Below, in pieces: positions 38,482-50,963 of a DNA stretch of 64,000 nt. The notes under the pieces were generated by a model that did no database searches, was not told the DNA's origin, and saw only the letters and a program-made list of their open reading frames with translations. Made by a program: the position numbers and the translations under genes. The DNA is taken from the NCBI GenBank assembly GCA_030141605.1, contig JAQGDQ010000450.1, positions 126,883-190,882 on the forward strand, read 5' to 3'. The stretch's first letter is position 1, and each line of letters starts with the position of its first letter. Source of the DNA: Tubiluchus corallicola (lineage: Eukaryota > Animalia > Priapulida).

Positions 38482-40834
38482 CTATACTGTTAAATAATTT
38501 TCACAGATTTACAGTTTAACTTGCAGGTAAATTGACTGTTTAGTTTCGCCTTTGTGTTGAATGCACATAGGTGGCTTTGATTAAGAATGAACATTTAAGA
38601 ATGAGCACTGCCACATGGGCCCATAGTTCACATGGCTAGAGCTTACAAGTGCTGATCCAGTTCAAATCCCAATAGAGTCACTGTTTTCTGCTCATCTCAT
38701 TAGCTGTTAGGTAAACTCTTGTTGTTTATTGCAAACCATTAAGTTTATTAGTTCTTATCACAGTTAATGCCGTTATATGTTACAAAATATTTAAAAAAGG
38801 CTTTTAGTAGTTTCATTAGAAACCTGCTCAGCTTTGTTAGCCAGTTATAACAAAATCGGATGACAGATTACACAAACTAATGCTACCACTTTGACAGAAC
38901 CACCCCAAAGCAGCTTGTAATTTCATGAAAGAGATGAAAACTTGTAGCCTCTTCCCTGTCATTTCCTTCTGGTACAGCATAATATGCTAGATGTTATCGT
39001 TAATTCCGATTAGGAATGTAATTCAGTGAAATTGCCTCTTAAATTTTTAACCAGCTTACTTATGTTATTCTTAAAAAAAGATAGAAATGTTCATTCAACT
39101 ATCATTTGTAAGACGGTCAGCTGAACAACACTGGTACTCTTGTACTGCGTTGCTATGTGCTTGAGTCCAACTACATCAAATTATTTACGTACTTGTGGAT
39201 TCATTCTATTTTTTGTAAGAATTAGTTTTCTGCAACTACACATACATATCCTTTTAACTAGATTACCTTCATACTAGCTAGTAAAGCATTTTGCAAAAAA
39301 ACAAATTTAAATCGATTTTGTTATTACTAAAGGCATAAAAAACGCGCGCATGAAGAACGACATTGTAACCTAGGGTTACAATAAAAAAGGGAAAGTAAAG
39401 TATATAATATAAACATGAAATATAAAATACATAATAATGAATGTGTCAGAGACAGGATTTAGCTTTCGATTTTCTTCATGTAGCAAAGAAGGTTTTAAAT
39501 AATAACATTAACTATTTTCTAATAAAGAAAGAGACGATAATTATTTGATAAATAATGAAATCAAGAAAAAAAACTAAAAATGTAAGCAGCATTTCTATTA
39601 ATCACAATTCAATCAGTTTACAATCTACTACATTAGTTTTCTATGTACCAATAGAGTCTATTGGTGTTCATTACATTTTTCTTTTCTTTATGTAAGACAC
39701 CCTCACATAATTCTACAGCACTTCGTTATTTTTTACTTCGTTTATTTTTATTATTTACACAGTGAATTTTCTGAACTTGAAACAGACACCGAAAACTCTA
39801 ACAACAACGTAAAAAACACCAGGGACAGTGCATCTAAAAATTGCCTTTGGGACAATTAAGTAAGTTTCTAATTTAGTAAGTTTCCTTAGCAAATCTTTTA
39901 ACAATACATTATTCTACTAAAATCAGCCCACTAGAAGAGTCATCATCACTATTAATACACACATGCCACGTGAATCAAAAGCCGATAATGTGCATCATGA
40001 TCATCATTTGGGCATTTTGTTTTTGGTTGAGTTTAAGCAAATATCAGTATTTTCACTAACTAATGCATTCGTTAACAGATGTGACTCCGTTAAACTGTTC
40101 CTCCCATATTTAACCTAAGAAAAAGACATGCTTTTTGTATTCTGTGAGACTGTTTTAGTTCCTCAGTTCCACAACGAAATTGGAATGTTCCAAAAGTAAA
40201 AGAACTAAATTGGCATTTACTTAGCATCCGGGTGCGTATGCTTATTGGGGGTGCCGAATAGATAAAATCGGTTTACTGGATTAGTTTTAATACTCAACAA
40301 CAAGAGCGGAATGCTCCAAAACTAGCAAAAAAGAGACATGGCAGTTTATTGCTGCACCGGACGACTTTGACTCAATTTGACACAACATTGAATGCATTCG
40401 TTTTCTTGTTGTTGCAAATCAAAAAATCTGCCTGTAATTTGACACTTCTTTTTATTAGCAGACAGGTATCTCCAAAAGACTACTGAAAGCGGTGTTTTTT
40501 AATGACACTTGCATGCTTTTTTGTTTGCTTTTCTTTCATTTTTATTTGTCTTACCAGCATAAAAACCACGAGTGACAACAATGAACTATAATGACAGCAC
40601 ACGAAATTGATCTACTGCTTTCAGTTTGTGACAGAGTTTGTTTAGAGTTGCACAAAAAGACACCCAAAACAAAGAAGAAATATTTATCTACTAGTGTTGA
40701 AAGAGCATAATATTAATTAGCAAATAGCCTGTGTGACAAGCTATTTGCTAATAAATATTATGCTCTTTTAAGCTTAGTGTTTACAGTCGAGACAAAAGCA
40801 AAATATCGTGACAAAGGCTTTCAGTGCCGAACTG

Positions 40835-40943
40835 CAGAGAAATTTCCATACAGACGCTGCTGCTTGTCGTTTGTAGTTTTACTCTTGAGTGTTTCATAAT
40901 AGAATCACTGTATTATCAAGTAAAGCATTACATAAATGCGTAG
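40835..40943 (+). pseudogene. IR/iGluR-like remnant, array unit 2 (almost the whole CDS deleted)
   Basis: Degenerate signal-peptide start fused to TTTCATAATAGAATCACTGTATTATC...TAG, which matches 43351-43402. Confidence 0.75.
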
Positions 40944-41995
40944 CTTAAGTTACAAATAAATTGAATAGTAAGCTTCACCTTTCTATTTAATCGTCATGGT
41001 GAATGTGTGCTGCAAGGAAAATTGAGGTCTATTCTACCATATGTGCTTCTAGTTGAATGTGGTTAGAGCTTCTTACTTTGTGTTATTTTGCTATTCTAAT
41101 CATCAGGTTATATATATATATATATATATATAAGTCGTTATGAGTTATTACTGTTTTAGCTTGACAAAGATACGAACCAGTTGTATAGATACGACAGCAC
41201 CTCTCTACTTTGTACAACGATAGATTATAACAAAGTAGTCTATTTCACCACTTATGTATCTATTTTATTATAGTTAAGATATGAATAATAATTTGCTACA
41301 TAATCATCTTTTGTGCATTTTGTTTTGGGTTGTGTTCAGTTGAATATCGGTATTTTCACTAACTAGAGCATTCATTAAAAAAAACCACAGCTTATGTTTA
41401 TCCTATAGTGAATCTACGCAAAATGCTACCTTTTCGTAGTCCACTAGACATTTAGTTCGTTCCCATGCTCCATAACAAGACTGGGACACTCCAAGACTAG
41501 GGGAATTTAATGCTGCAGATGTTATTTTTCCTCCTTTGGCACAAACACCATATAGTTCATTATTGTAGTTGACCGACACTGAAAGAACTTATTGTTCTAA
41601 AATGAAAAAAGTTGCTTTATGTTCATGTTTTTAATGTTGCCTATATTAACAGACATGCCTTTTCTAAAAATTAGTTTTGGCAGTGATGTCATTTTATACG
41701 TTTCTACCATTATGTTGGCTTTGCGTGCATGAAAGACATAAGCGAGAACAATGAAACATAAAGGTTGGTAAACAAATTTATCCCATAATTTTCAATTTGT
41801 GACGAAGAGGTATTTGTAGTAGCAAACAAAAACCAAAACAAAAGTTATATCATGCTACTAATAACAATGTAAACCTGCAAATTTTAATAAACATTAACAA
41901 CAGTAATGTTGGAACAGGAAAGACAAAGCAAACTAGAGCAGGACAAATGCCTTTACTTCTGATCACAACTGCAAGTAATTCAGAGTTGCAGTGAA

Positions 41996-43402
41996 ATGGT
42001 ATTCAGACAGACACTGTTCTTTCTTGCTTGCGTCATTACTCTTCAGTTTTTGGAAATATTTTGCATCAGTGAGGGCAAAACCAAACTGGACAAACAGCGA
42101 ATTGTCACTCAGGTCAAGCACCTGAGGAACAAAAAGGGCAGCATTCAAAAAGGATATGTGGGACTTCATGAAAACAGATGGAATACACAGGACTACTCAC
42201 TTAAAGGTGCTCATCTTGCAGTCGGGATCTGGGACGATGATCCCACTGCACTTTTCACGATTGATGTAGTACTGTTACTGAGTAATGTATTAAACTTTAG
42301 CTTTAACATAAACGTTATTGAAGCTTTAGAAACTCCAGAAATTGTGGCTGAAAAGGCTGAGGTAGACATATTTGGACTGGTGACAATACTTCGCGAAAGA
42401 ATGAAATACATGACTTTTCTGCATCCAATCACATATTGGCCACAAGTGTTCATTACAAAGCGGAATAAGTTGCAAGGATTCAACTTAACAGACCCTTTCA
42501 GCACTCCGGTCTGGTTACTTCTGATAACATTCGGGCTCTTAGCTGGACCAATAATCTACTGTTTTGATTGTGAAACAAAGACGACAAATAATGAAAATTA
42601 TTTTAATCAAATAAACTGCAGGCCTACTAAGACACGCATAACGTACTACATTCAATATACCCTAGCCTCATTTCTGCAGCAAGGTGGGACTTACTTACCT
42701 CAGCGTTTCGCAGCTCAGATTATTACTGGATGTTGGTGGCTGTTTGTTATTATTTTAATTGCCATGTACACAGGAACACTGGTCAGTAAGCTATTTGTAA
42801 GCAAGCAACACCACGTGTTCTCTACTTTGCAAGAATTAGTAGACAGTGACATTGTTCCTGTAACTATTGGAGACTTTGCTTCTACTTCTATTTTAAAAAA
42901 CAGCCAACCTGATACAGATTATAACAAGCTGTGGAAGAAAATGGAAAATGACAAGAACGTGCCTGTGGGTGATGCAGCAACAGCATTAGATATTACGGCT
43001 ACAGGACGGTATACATATTTTCGCTCTGGAATGTTTGCAAAGTTAGATTTTGTCAAAGATTTCAAATTATATCGAAGCTGTAGATTCTCTATAGCACCAG
43101 TCACCACAGCACCATTTCAAACATCGTTTGCAGTCCCAAGAAAAAGTATTTATGCAGAGGCACTAAACTTCGGCTTCGCTATATTACTGCAAAGTGGCAT
43201 GATAAATCAGCTGTTAGAAGAAATGCTTCGTCCAGCGCAACAGTGTTTGGACACACCCACTCAAGCTGTAAAAGTACAAGCAATTGCTGTGGAACAGCTT
43301 AATGCTGTATTCTGGTTAATTCTTCTTGGAATGAGCATTGCACTTTTTACTTTCATAATAGAATCACTGTATTATCGAGTAAAGCATTACATAAATCCGT
43401 AG
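41996..43402 (+). CDS. Intronless variant ionotropic glutamate receptor (IR-like), 468 aa, no ATD
   Basis: Signal peptide; S1 (TILRERMKYMTF); PFSTPVW-M1; pore LASFLQQG; M3 WWLFVIILIAMYTGTLVSKL; S2 (C.F, LLQSGMI); M4 AVFWLILLG; very short tail. Confidence 0.92.
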   Translation: MVFRQTLFFLACVITLQFLEIFCISEGKTKLDKQRIVTQVKHLRNKKGSIQKGYVGLHENRWNTQDYSLKGAHLAVGIWDDDPTALFTIDVVLLLSNVLNFSFNINVIEALETPEIVAEKAEVDIFGLVTILRERMKYMTFLHPITYWPQVFITKRNKLQGFNLTDPFSTPVWLLLITFGLLAGPIIYCFDCETKTTNNENYFNQINCRPTKTRITYYIQYTLASFLQQGGTYLPQRFAAQIITGCWWLFVIILIAMYTGTLVSKLFVSKQHHVFSTLQELVDSDIVPVTIGDFASTSILKNSQPDTDYNKLWKKMENDKNVPVGDAATALDITATGRYTYFRSGMFAKLDFVKDFKLYRSCRFSIAPVTTAPFQTSFAVPRKSIYAEALNFGFAILLQSGMINQLLEEMLRPAQQCLDTPTQAVKVQAIAVEQLNAVFWLILLGMSIALFTFIIESLYYRVKHYINP

Positions 43403-44442
43403 CTTAAGTTAGAAACAAATCGATAAATTAGCGTCGCTTTTCCATTTAATGAGCATGCTGAATTTGCGCTGCAAGGAGAATTGATGCCTATTCTACCACA
43501 TGTGCTTGTAGCATTGTGACCCAAGTACAATGTGGCTCTGTAGTTTACCCAGCTTTGATTTAAAATAACCAGGCTATAAAAACCGTCATCATTTATTACA
43601 GTTTTAGCTTGACGACGATGTGAATCTATTTGTTACACACACAATAGCACTTGTGTAGTGTGAACAGCGATAGATTTTAATAAAATAGAGCATATTTCAC
43701 CCTTATGCCGTCTATTTTATTGTGATTAAGATACGAATAAAAAGTAGATAATTTGCTACATAATCATCTTTTGTGCATTTCGTCTTTGTTTGTGTTCAGT
43801 TGACTATCAGTATTTTTGCCTACTAAAGCATTCATTAAAAGCCAAGACTTATGTTAATCCTATACTAAATCTAAGCAAAATGATCTCTTTTTGTATTCCG
43901 TGCAACAGATTTAGTTCCTATGCTCTACAACAAGACTGGGATGCTCCAAGAGTAGAGGAATTTAATGTGCCAGATGTTATTTTTCTTTTTTGTATAAACA
44001 CCACACAGCTTATTATTGGAGTTGTCTGGTAATGAAAGAACTTACTGATCTAACATGCAAAAAGTAGCTTTTATGTTAACGTTTCCTTTATTAGGAGACA
44101 TGCTTTTTGTAGACTTTTCTTGTAGCAGTGTTTACTTAATAACATTCGCATGCCATTTTTATACGTTTCTGCCATTTTGCTGGCTTGCGTGCACGAAAGA
44201 CACGAATAAGAACAATAAACTATAAAGGTTAGTAAACAAATTTCTCCCATAATTTTTAATTTGTGAAAAAGAGAGTAGTTGCAAAGAAAAACCAAGACAG
44301 AAATGATAGCTAGCTACTATTAGCAATATTAATCGGCAAATTTTAATCGATATTAACAACAGTAACGTGAGAACAGGAAAGATAAAAGCAAACGAGAGAA
44401 GACAAATGCCAGTAGTTCTGAACAAGAGTGCAAGTAATCCAC

Positions 44443-45332
44443 ACACAGACTGTTCTTTCTTGTTTTCATTGTTATACGTCAATTTTTGGAAATATTTTTC
44501 ATCAGGGTGTGCACAAGCAAACTGGACAAAAAGCGAAAAGGCATTCAGGTTAAACACCTCACAAATCAAAAGGACAACATTCAAAAAGAAAGTGTGGCAC
44601 TTCTTATAAACAATAAGGATGCGCAGGAATACACGCTTAAAGGTGGTCACCTGCACTGGGAATCTGGGATGGCGATCCTGCAGCACATTTAATGAAAGAT
44701 GTCATGATGATATTAAGTAATGCACTAAATTTTAGCTTTAATGTGAAAACCATTGGAGTTTTAGAAAGTACAAAAACGGTGGCTGAAAACGTGAGATATA
44801 TTTGAACTGCTGACACCACTCCGAGAAAGAACGGAATATTTGACTTTTCCACATCCAATTGCATATTCACCATACGTGTTCATTACAAAACCGAACGGAC
44901 TACAAGGATTAAATTTAACAGACCCTTTCAGCACTCTTATTTGGTTACTACTGATAACATACGGGCATTTTGGTTGGACAAATAACATACTGTCTGGGTT
45001 TTGAAACAAAGACGACAAGGAATGAAAATGATTTAAATCTAGTAAACTGCAGGTCTACTAAGACAGGCACAGCATACTATGTTCAATATACCCTAGCCTC
45101 ATTGGAGCAGCTAGTGGTAACTTACTTACCCCAGCATTTATCAGCTCAGATTATTAATGGATGTTGGTGACTGTTTGCCATTATCTTAATTGCCGTGTAC
45201 ACAGGAACACTGGTCAGTGAGCTATTTGTAAGCAAGCAAGAACTCGTAGAAAGGGACTTTGTGAGATTTTGGTGGTACCGCCATCTTAAAAAAAACAGTC
45301 CACCTGATACAGATTTATACAACTTGTTAGAG
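44443..45332 (+). pseudogene. IR/iGluR-like pseudogene, array unit 4 (3'-truncated)
   Basis: Colinear with the intact gene (YYVQYTLAS, AQIINGCW*, YTGTLVSELFVSKQ); ATG lost, TGG>TGA, frameshifts. Confidence 0.9.
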
Positions 45333-45510
45333 GAAAATATTATTAAATTTAATGAGTATATGAATAGTGACATCATCTTTATCGGGGATTTTAGCTCTAA
45401 AACCAGCACCGAACCAGACTGCATAGTGAATGATTACGATACGCATATGCCCTTCCCGCATGACTACATATGTGATGGCTATATGCTCACACTCAGGCAA
45501 GTCAGATAAA
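45333..45510 (+). mobile_element. LINE endonuclease fragment
   Basis: DIIFIGDFSSKT (GDFN-like) ...PDCIVND...P.DY..D. Confidence 0.6.
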
Positions 45511-45624
45511 CTCAATTTATGTTCAGTAAATGTCGGGGACCGGGCCTCTTAGGTGTAGTTGGTTCATATCTTTTCAGCTTTTACTTGCAAGTCCTCATTG
45601 AGAAATTCCCCGCGTGATCCTTTA

Positions 45625-46111
45625 CAGGACCGTCTTAACAACATTAAAGGCCCCCGGGCAAAGCAATGTACTAGGGTCTATACCTGCACAACCACAAAGA
45701 GGAATAAAAATTAGATGGTCAAGAAAATTAAACATAAAACATCCTGTACACCAAAGACTAACCAACACAAACGGTTGAACAATACACAATGAGCCTTGAA
45801 AAACAAAAAATTCAACATATTAAATGATACTCAACCTAAACTATGCAGGCAGAGACGGCACTATATGAAATTACAATGAATTATTCATTATTAATCAAGT
45901 GTTCAAGACATACATTTGCGATATTTACTTGCATAGAAATGCTTTATAATTAGCTTGAAGTCAATGGTTTTCAGAATGTCATTTTCCATAGTATAGTATA
46001 GTATTTATTTACTGACAGCAAGTCACAACATACGTGGATTATCATAGGACACCTGCGCTCGTGGGTCCCCCTGGCAACTGCCCAGCGTGCCCATGCATTA
46101 TGACAGCCCTG
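45625..46111. mobile_element. hAT-like MITE
   Basis: CAGGACCGTCTTAA ... TTATGACAGCCCTG; 8-bp flanks ATCCTTTA/ATTCTCGA match at 5 of 8. Confidence 0.7.
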
Positions 46112-46635
46112 ATTCTCGAATCTTATATTACAGTGTACTCCTTCTAATGTATGCTGACGGTGTTACGTTTGCGTGGCTAGGTTGATCTTATAACTTAGCG
46201 ACAGTAATAGATAGAGATCGTTGCTTGCTGATGCCAATTTGAAATTCTTTGACAACAAGAATAAAGAAATATTATTGACTTAAACGGAGGCAGCACTGGG
46301 TGCAGTTTTCTGAAATGTTATTCTCAAGAACCATTAGTTAATGACCATTAGCACGGATGTTGACATTTCCTATAATGGCGGCCGGCTTCTTGTCCAATTT
46401 ACAAAACTCTTCTGCAGCTGCTACTACTGTTTTATACTCCCAGAAGGTAGCACAGCAACAGTCTGATAATAGGGTCCACCTGGAGTTTCGCACTTTCAAT
46501 AACTAAAGATGGCTGGCAACAGGTAGTCACGTGTTCACCACAAAGGTGGGAAGTATCCAAGTTGACTAGTTTGTCGAGTAGCCTAGACAGTTGATCTGAC
46601 TTAACCTGAAAAGACTAGTTCACGAAGGAAGCAAC

Positions 46636-46803
46636 ATGGCGTCCGTGTTTGCAGTTATGACAGTGCTGATGACGGCAATAACAACACTCATAATACATGC
46701 ATCAGCACAACCTTTTACAGCACCAGATATTTCAGGAATTGAGAGTGAGAACCTTTTCCCAGAAGTCTACATAAATGTAAACAAAAGAAACTTTAGAGAC
46801 AAG
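46636..46803 (+). CDS. Prokineticin/astakine-like precursor exon 1 (signal peptide plus propeptide)
   Basis: CAACATGG start; MASVFAVMTVLMTAITTLIIHASA-QPFTAPDISGIESENLFPEVYINVNKR-NFRDK|gtaagt, phase 0. Below the ORF-track length cutoff. Confidence 0.75.
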
Positions 46804-46839
46804 GTAAGTTGATCAGCACCTGTTACAAGTACCAATATA

Positions 46840-47028
<189 letters not shown>

Positions 47029-47427
47029 GCATTTATAACGTGGTGAGTTTCTAGCTGTGAAAGACGAGTTTTTTATATAAACTGCACATAAATACAGTAT
47101 TTTCTTAAATAGAAATATAGTTTATCCAAATTCAAATTCAAATCACATTTATTCAGTATAATCTAACAGCAACAACAACAACTAATCAGAAATGTACCCA
47201 ACAGCACAGTAATACAGTGGTGTTATCACATATAATAAAACACTCGTATAAAATCATTGAACCTAACTCAAGCAGAATTCGAACCCCGGGCCTTCACATA
47301 TCTGTTTATATTTCCTTTGAATCGTCAAAGTACGAGTAATAATAGTTAGCATTAAAAATACTTTGTTATGCCATTAGTTTAACTCAACAAAAATTACAGG
47401 AGACCTAAGAAGCGGACTTGTTGACCA

Positions 47428-47560
47428 GACGATTTGGTCTAGTGGTAAAGCGTACGCTTTCCGTCTGAGAGGTCATAAGTTTGATACAGCGGCAGGGTCA
47501 TACCAAAAACTTTAAAAATGGTATATGCTGTTGCCTGCCTAGCGCGTGTATTTAAGGCAA
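47428..47560 (+). mobile_element. tRNA-derived SINE with a Meta/MESC-like core
   Basis: A box TGGTCTAGTGG, degenerate B box, then GGTCATACCAAAAACTTTAAAAATGGTATATGCTGTTGCCTGCCTAGCG. Confidence 0.65.
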
Positions 47561-48299
47561 AAATTGGATAATAATAGTCTCTGTTGTGTTGTTATAAATT
47601 GTTGTTTATAGTCGGCCCCAAAAGCACTTCGGAGCTTATGTTAATGGTTGATCCAAAAAAACCGACTTTAGATAAGTATTAAGTGATTAGTTACGCATAT
47701 AGTTAGTAAAAGAGCCTATTAATACTTAAAATGAAAAATTTGGGGAAATCAACAAGGAAAGATGCGAGAAAAAAAGATTTTAACTAAATTGTAATCAGCA
47801 AGTACAATAGATGAAGTTTATGTAGTAACAATTCCGTGTGCTTAACTAACTAAACATGGGAAAATGAAATAAATCACAATAAAGCTATGACCCTCATTAT
47901 TAGCAGAAGTAGGTGGTATAAACATAAGCACAATTGTACTATGTAGTTTAAGTTTATATATTGTCTATTAACTGTATTATTTAGAACCTATATATTTACT
48001 ATCGAGTGAGCCTGATTACACATAGCTAAATTATATAATTATACATAAAACTTTTTTGAAAGTGGATAGCGAATTTACATTTTTCAAATGATTTGAAATT
48101 GTACTCCAAATATACGCAGCATGATATTTTATAGAGAATTTCCTTAAGTCTGATCTACATTATATATAATGAAAAACAAATCTATTACGGGTGTTATAGT
48201 TATGCAGATTAGCATTGTAACAAAAATTATTAGTGAACAGGGGTGGTAACATATCGTTGCAAAATTTAAATATGAAAACTGCAACTTGGATTTTGTTGA

Positions 48300-49330
48300 T
48301 ATCATATAGCTTTTAAATACTATAGAGAATTATGCAATTATATAGGTTTAATCATTTTAGAAACTAATGAAAAACAACTATTATAGATATTTTTGAGAAA
48401 TCAGAAATAAATGAAATATAAGCTATTTCGGGTTGTTGAGAATGGAGAACGAGGCCAGTCATGTAGCCATAACTTAGTATTAAATTCTATTAAATTCTTG
48501 GGTGGACTTATCAGTAATTTTATGAAGTATGAAACTACAGGGTGGCGATTGAAGGAATTTTTTAAATTTAATTGTGAAAGTACAGGAAAATGGCAGATAA
48601 AATACCAGCGGACAGATTGTCATATAAAAAACTGTTCGTGAATATATCAGAAAGTGACGCCGGATAACTTGTTACTCTAGTAGGTTTTGTTATTAATGGA
48701 TACAAAGAGTGACTTAGCATACAATTAAGATATGATTCAGTATATTCATATTTACAATTTTTGCAAAAAGATTTTCTAAATTACCTAAAAATGTTAATAG
48801 ACTTGATCCAGTCGGTCTATACACAAAACGCCTACAATAATATTTTTTGCATTAGATTGATTAATTTCGACGCTCATCAATAGTTTCATCAGTAGAATTT
48901 AAATCAGAACGTGTTTTACAATCTAAATCATTTTTAACACACAGGTAAACCCTACCACCTATTCTGGTTGGATAATTATTTAACTAGTACTTATCTTGGT
49001 TATAAAGTTTTAGCCAAGTCTTAGTGAAAGAAAGATAACACACAATTTCCTATTCAGTGTAGTTAAATGTTCAATAATTTGCTTGAAATTTTTGGATAAA
49101 TTTCTGCCGTTATGGTTAAAAGATGGAAAGTTGATTAGTTTCAAATGGTGAGAGGTTTCATATGGGCTCACATTAATACTAGCATCCTTTAGATCAGTTG
49201 CTGTTGTGTAATTACATTTTAGATTGGTAATTCTATTACAAAAATTTATGTCTGGGTCTGCATCAATAGCGAAATGACAGTAATTAGACATTGAAATGAA
49301 TTGGATTTAAGTAAAGTTGACCCAATTCTT
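48300..49330 (-). mobile_element. Decayed CR1-type LINE endonuclease region
   Basis: DPDINF..CNY, NGRNLSKNF, GGRVYL and IIVG...RP remnants; lies in the prokineticin-like intron. Confidence 0.7.
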
Positions 49331-50043
49331 GTAAATTGGTAAGTTACTAAGTCGATTGCATCCAATTTTAGACATATGTATTCAGAACAGCAATGGTAGA
49401 ACAGTAACATTCGTTCAAATTCTATTTCTTTACCTAAGCAATTTTCAACAACAAGTGCTACGGTTACAGTGAAGTATATTACCCCATATTAGATATTCGT
49501 TGACGTTGAGTATAAAAATAACTTCAATGAATAAAAATATGCATACACAACCCTACACAGTAGGGCATACATTAAAATGCAAATCACAATAACGTGTCAA
49601 TGAGTTAATGACTGCTGCTGCTGTTACTGTTGTTGTTGTTGCTGCTGCTGCCGCGGCTACTGCTTTTGCCACCATTATCACTGTCGCCGTCACTGTTGCT
49701 GCCGCTGTTGCGGTTCTGCTGCTACTACTGTTAATATTGTTGCCCCTGTTGCTACTGTATGCTGCTGTTGCTATTGTTTTTGCAGCTCTTTCTGATATTC
49801 ATTTAGACATACATTTCCATTGTCATCCCCTTCCGTTTTTCTTATTTTATGGATTTTAGCTTTTAGTAATGAATAAAATTAAACAGTTAAAATTTACTTC
49901 TAAAGGTTCCTTCAAAGGCTCCTAAAGGTAATGCGAATGGAAATATTTTTTGGCACTTTGTACATACATTTTAATTCTTGTGTCCATTTTTTACAAAGTA
50001 AGTTGCTGCATGAGCTAGTGCACTGATATTGTTTTGTTTTCAG

Positions 50044-50268
50044 CTTACATTCTGCGTCACTGATGTTGACTGTGAAGGCAAACCGTGCATTCCAGACTAT
50101 GACAAGAAGTTTCGTTACTGCGTAGATGAACTAGGAGCAGGCGATGGCTGTCATCCCGGAAGTCCTGCCAGTCCCTTTTACGGGCTCCGGATTTTCCCTA
50201 TTGCTCCCTGTACTTCCCCTTTGTACTGTTCGGACAGTACGTGGATTTGTGAAGGAGTCAAACTGTGA
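50044..50268 (+). CDS. Prokineticin/astakine-like precursor exon 2 (8-Cys colipase-fold domain)
   Basis: ttttcag|LTFCVTDVDC...GDGCHPGSPASPFYGLRIFPIAPCTSPLYC...C, compared with prokineticin G..CHP...VPF.G.R....CPC...L.C; AATAAA at 50336. Confidence 0.85.
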   Translation, partial: LTFCVTDVDCEGKPCIPDYDKKFRYCVDELGAGDGCHPGSPASPFYGLRIFPIAPCTSPLYCSDSTWICEGVKL

Positions 50269-50706
50269 GTCGCCGCCATGCACAGTCAGACTGAATGAAA
50301 ATATCTAAAATATTGTTTAAATCACGAAAAAACAAAATAAAGCAATTTTAATTAATTTTTTATCTTTCTTGTTTTTATTTTTCTAGAACGTAAAAAATTT
50401 CTTGTAAGAGGTATGCAAAACTGTACTTAAATGGGTTCGTTGCTTAGCATGCTGATGCTTTTTCATTTAATTAATGGATAAAAATCTAATAAAACATAGT
50501 TAAAATGGGCTTTTCTGCCCTTTTCTACGTATTTGGCATTGAGAATTTGTAAAGACTACGAGAATTTTAATACCCCATGATGAGCTGCGACCACAACCAC
50601 CTATGAGTCTCAAGGCAGGGGGGGGCACAATTGTAACTCCTTAAACAGAAAGAAAAGGCAGTTTTGAGGTACGTCCCATAAAAGTTTCAATATAAAGTTA
50701 TATTTC

Positions 50707-50963
<257 letters not shown>

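Noticed and set aside
44159-44686. 175-aa minus-strand ORF
   Set aside because: Antisense shadow over the IR pseudogene start and its AT-rich flank.
49608-49859. Ala/Val/Leu-rich hydrophobic ORF
   Set aside because: Degenerate (GCT/GTT)n repeat in an intron with no convincing splice sites.
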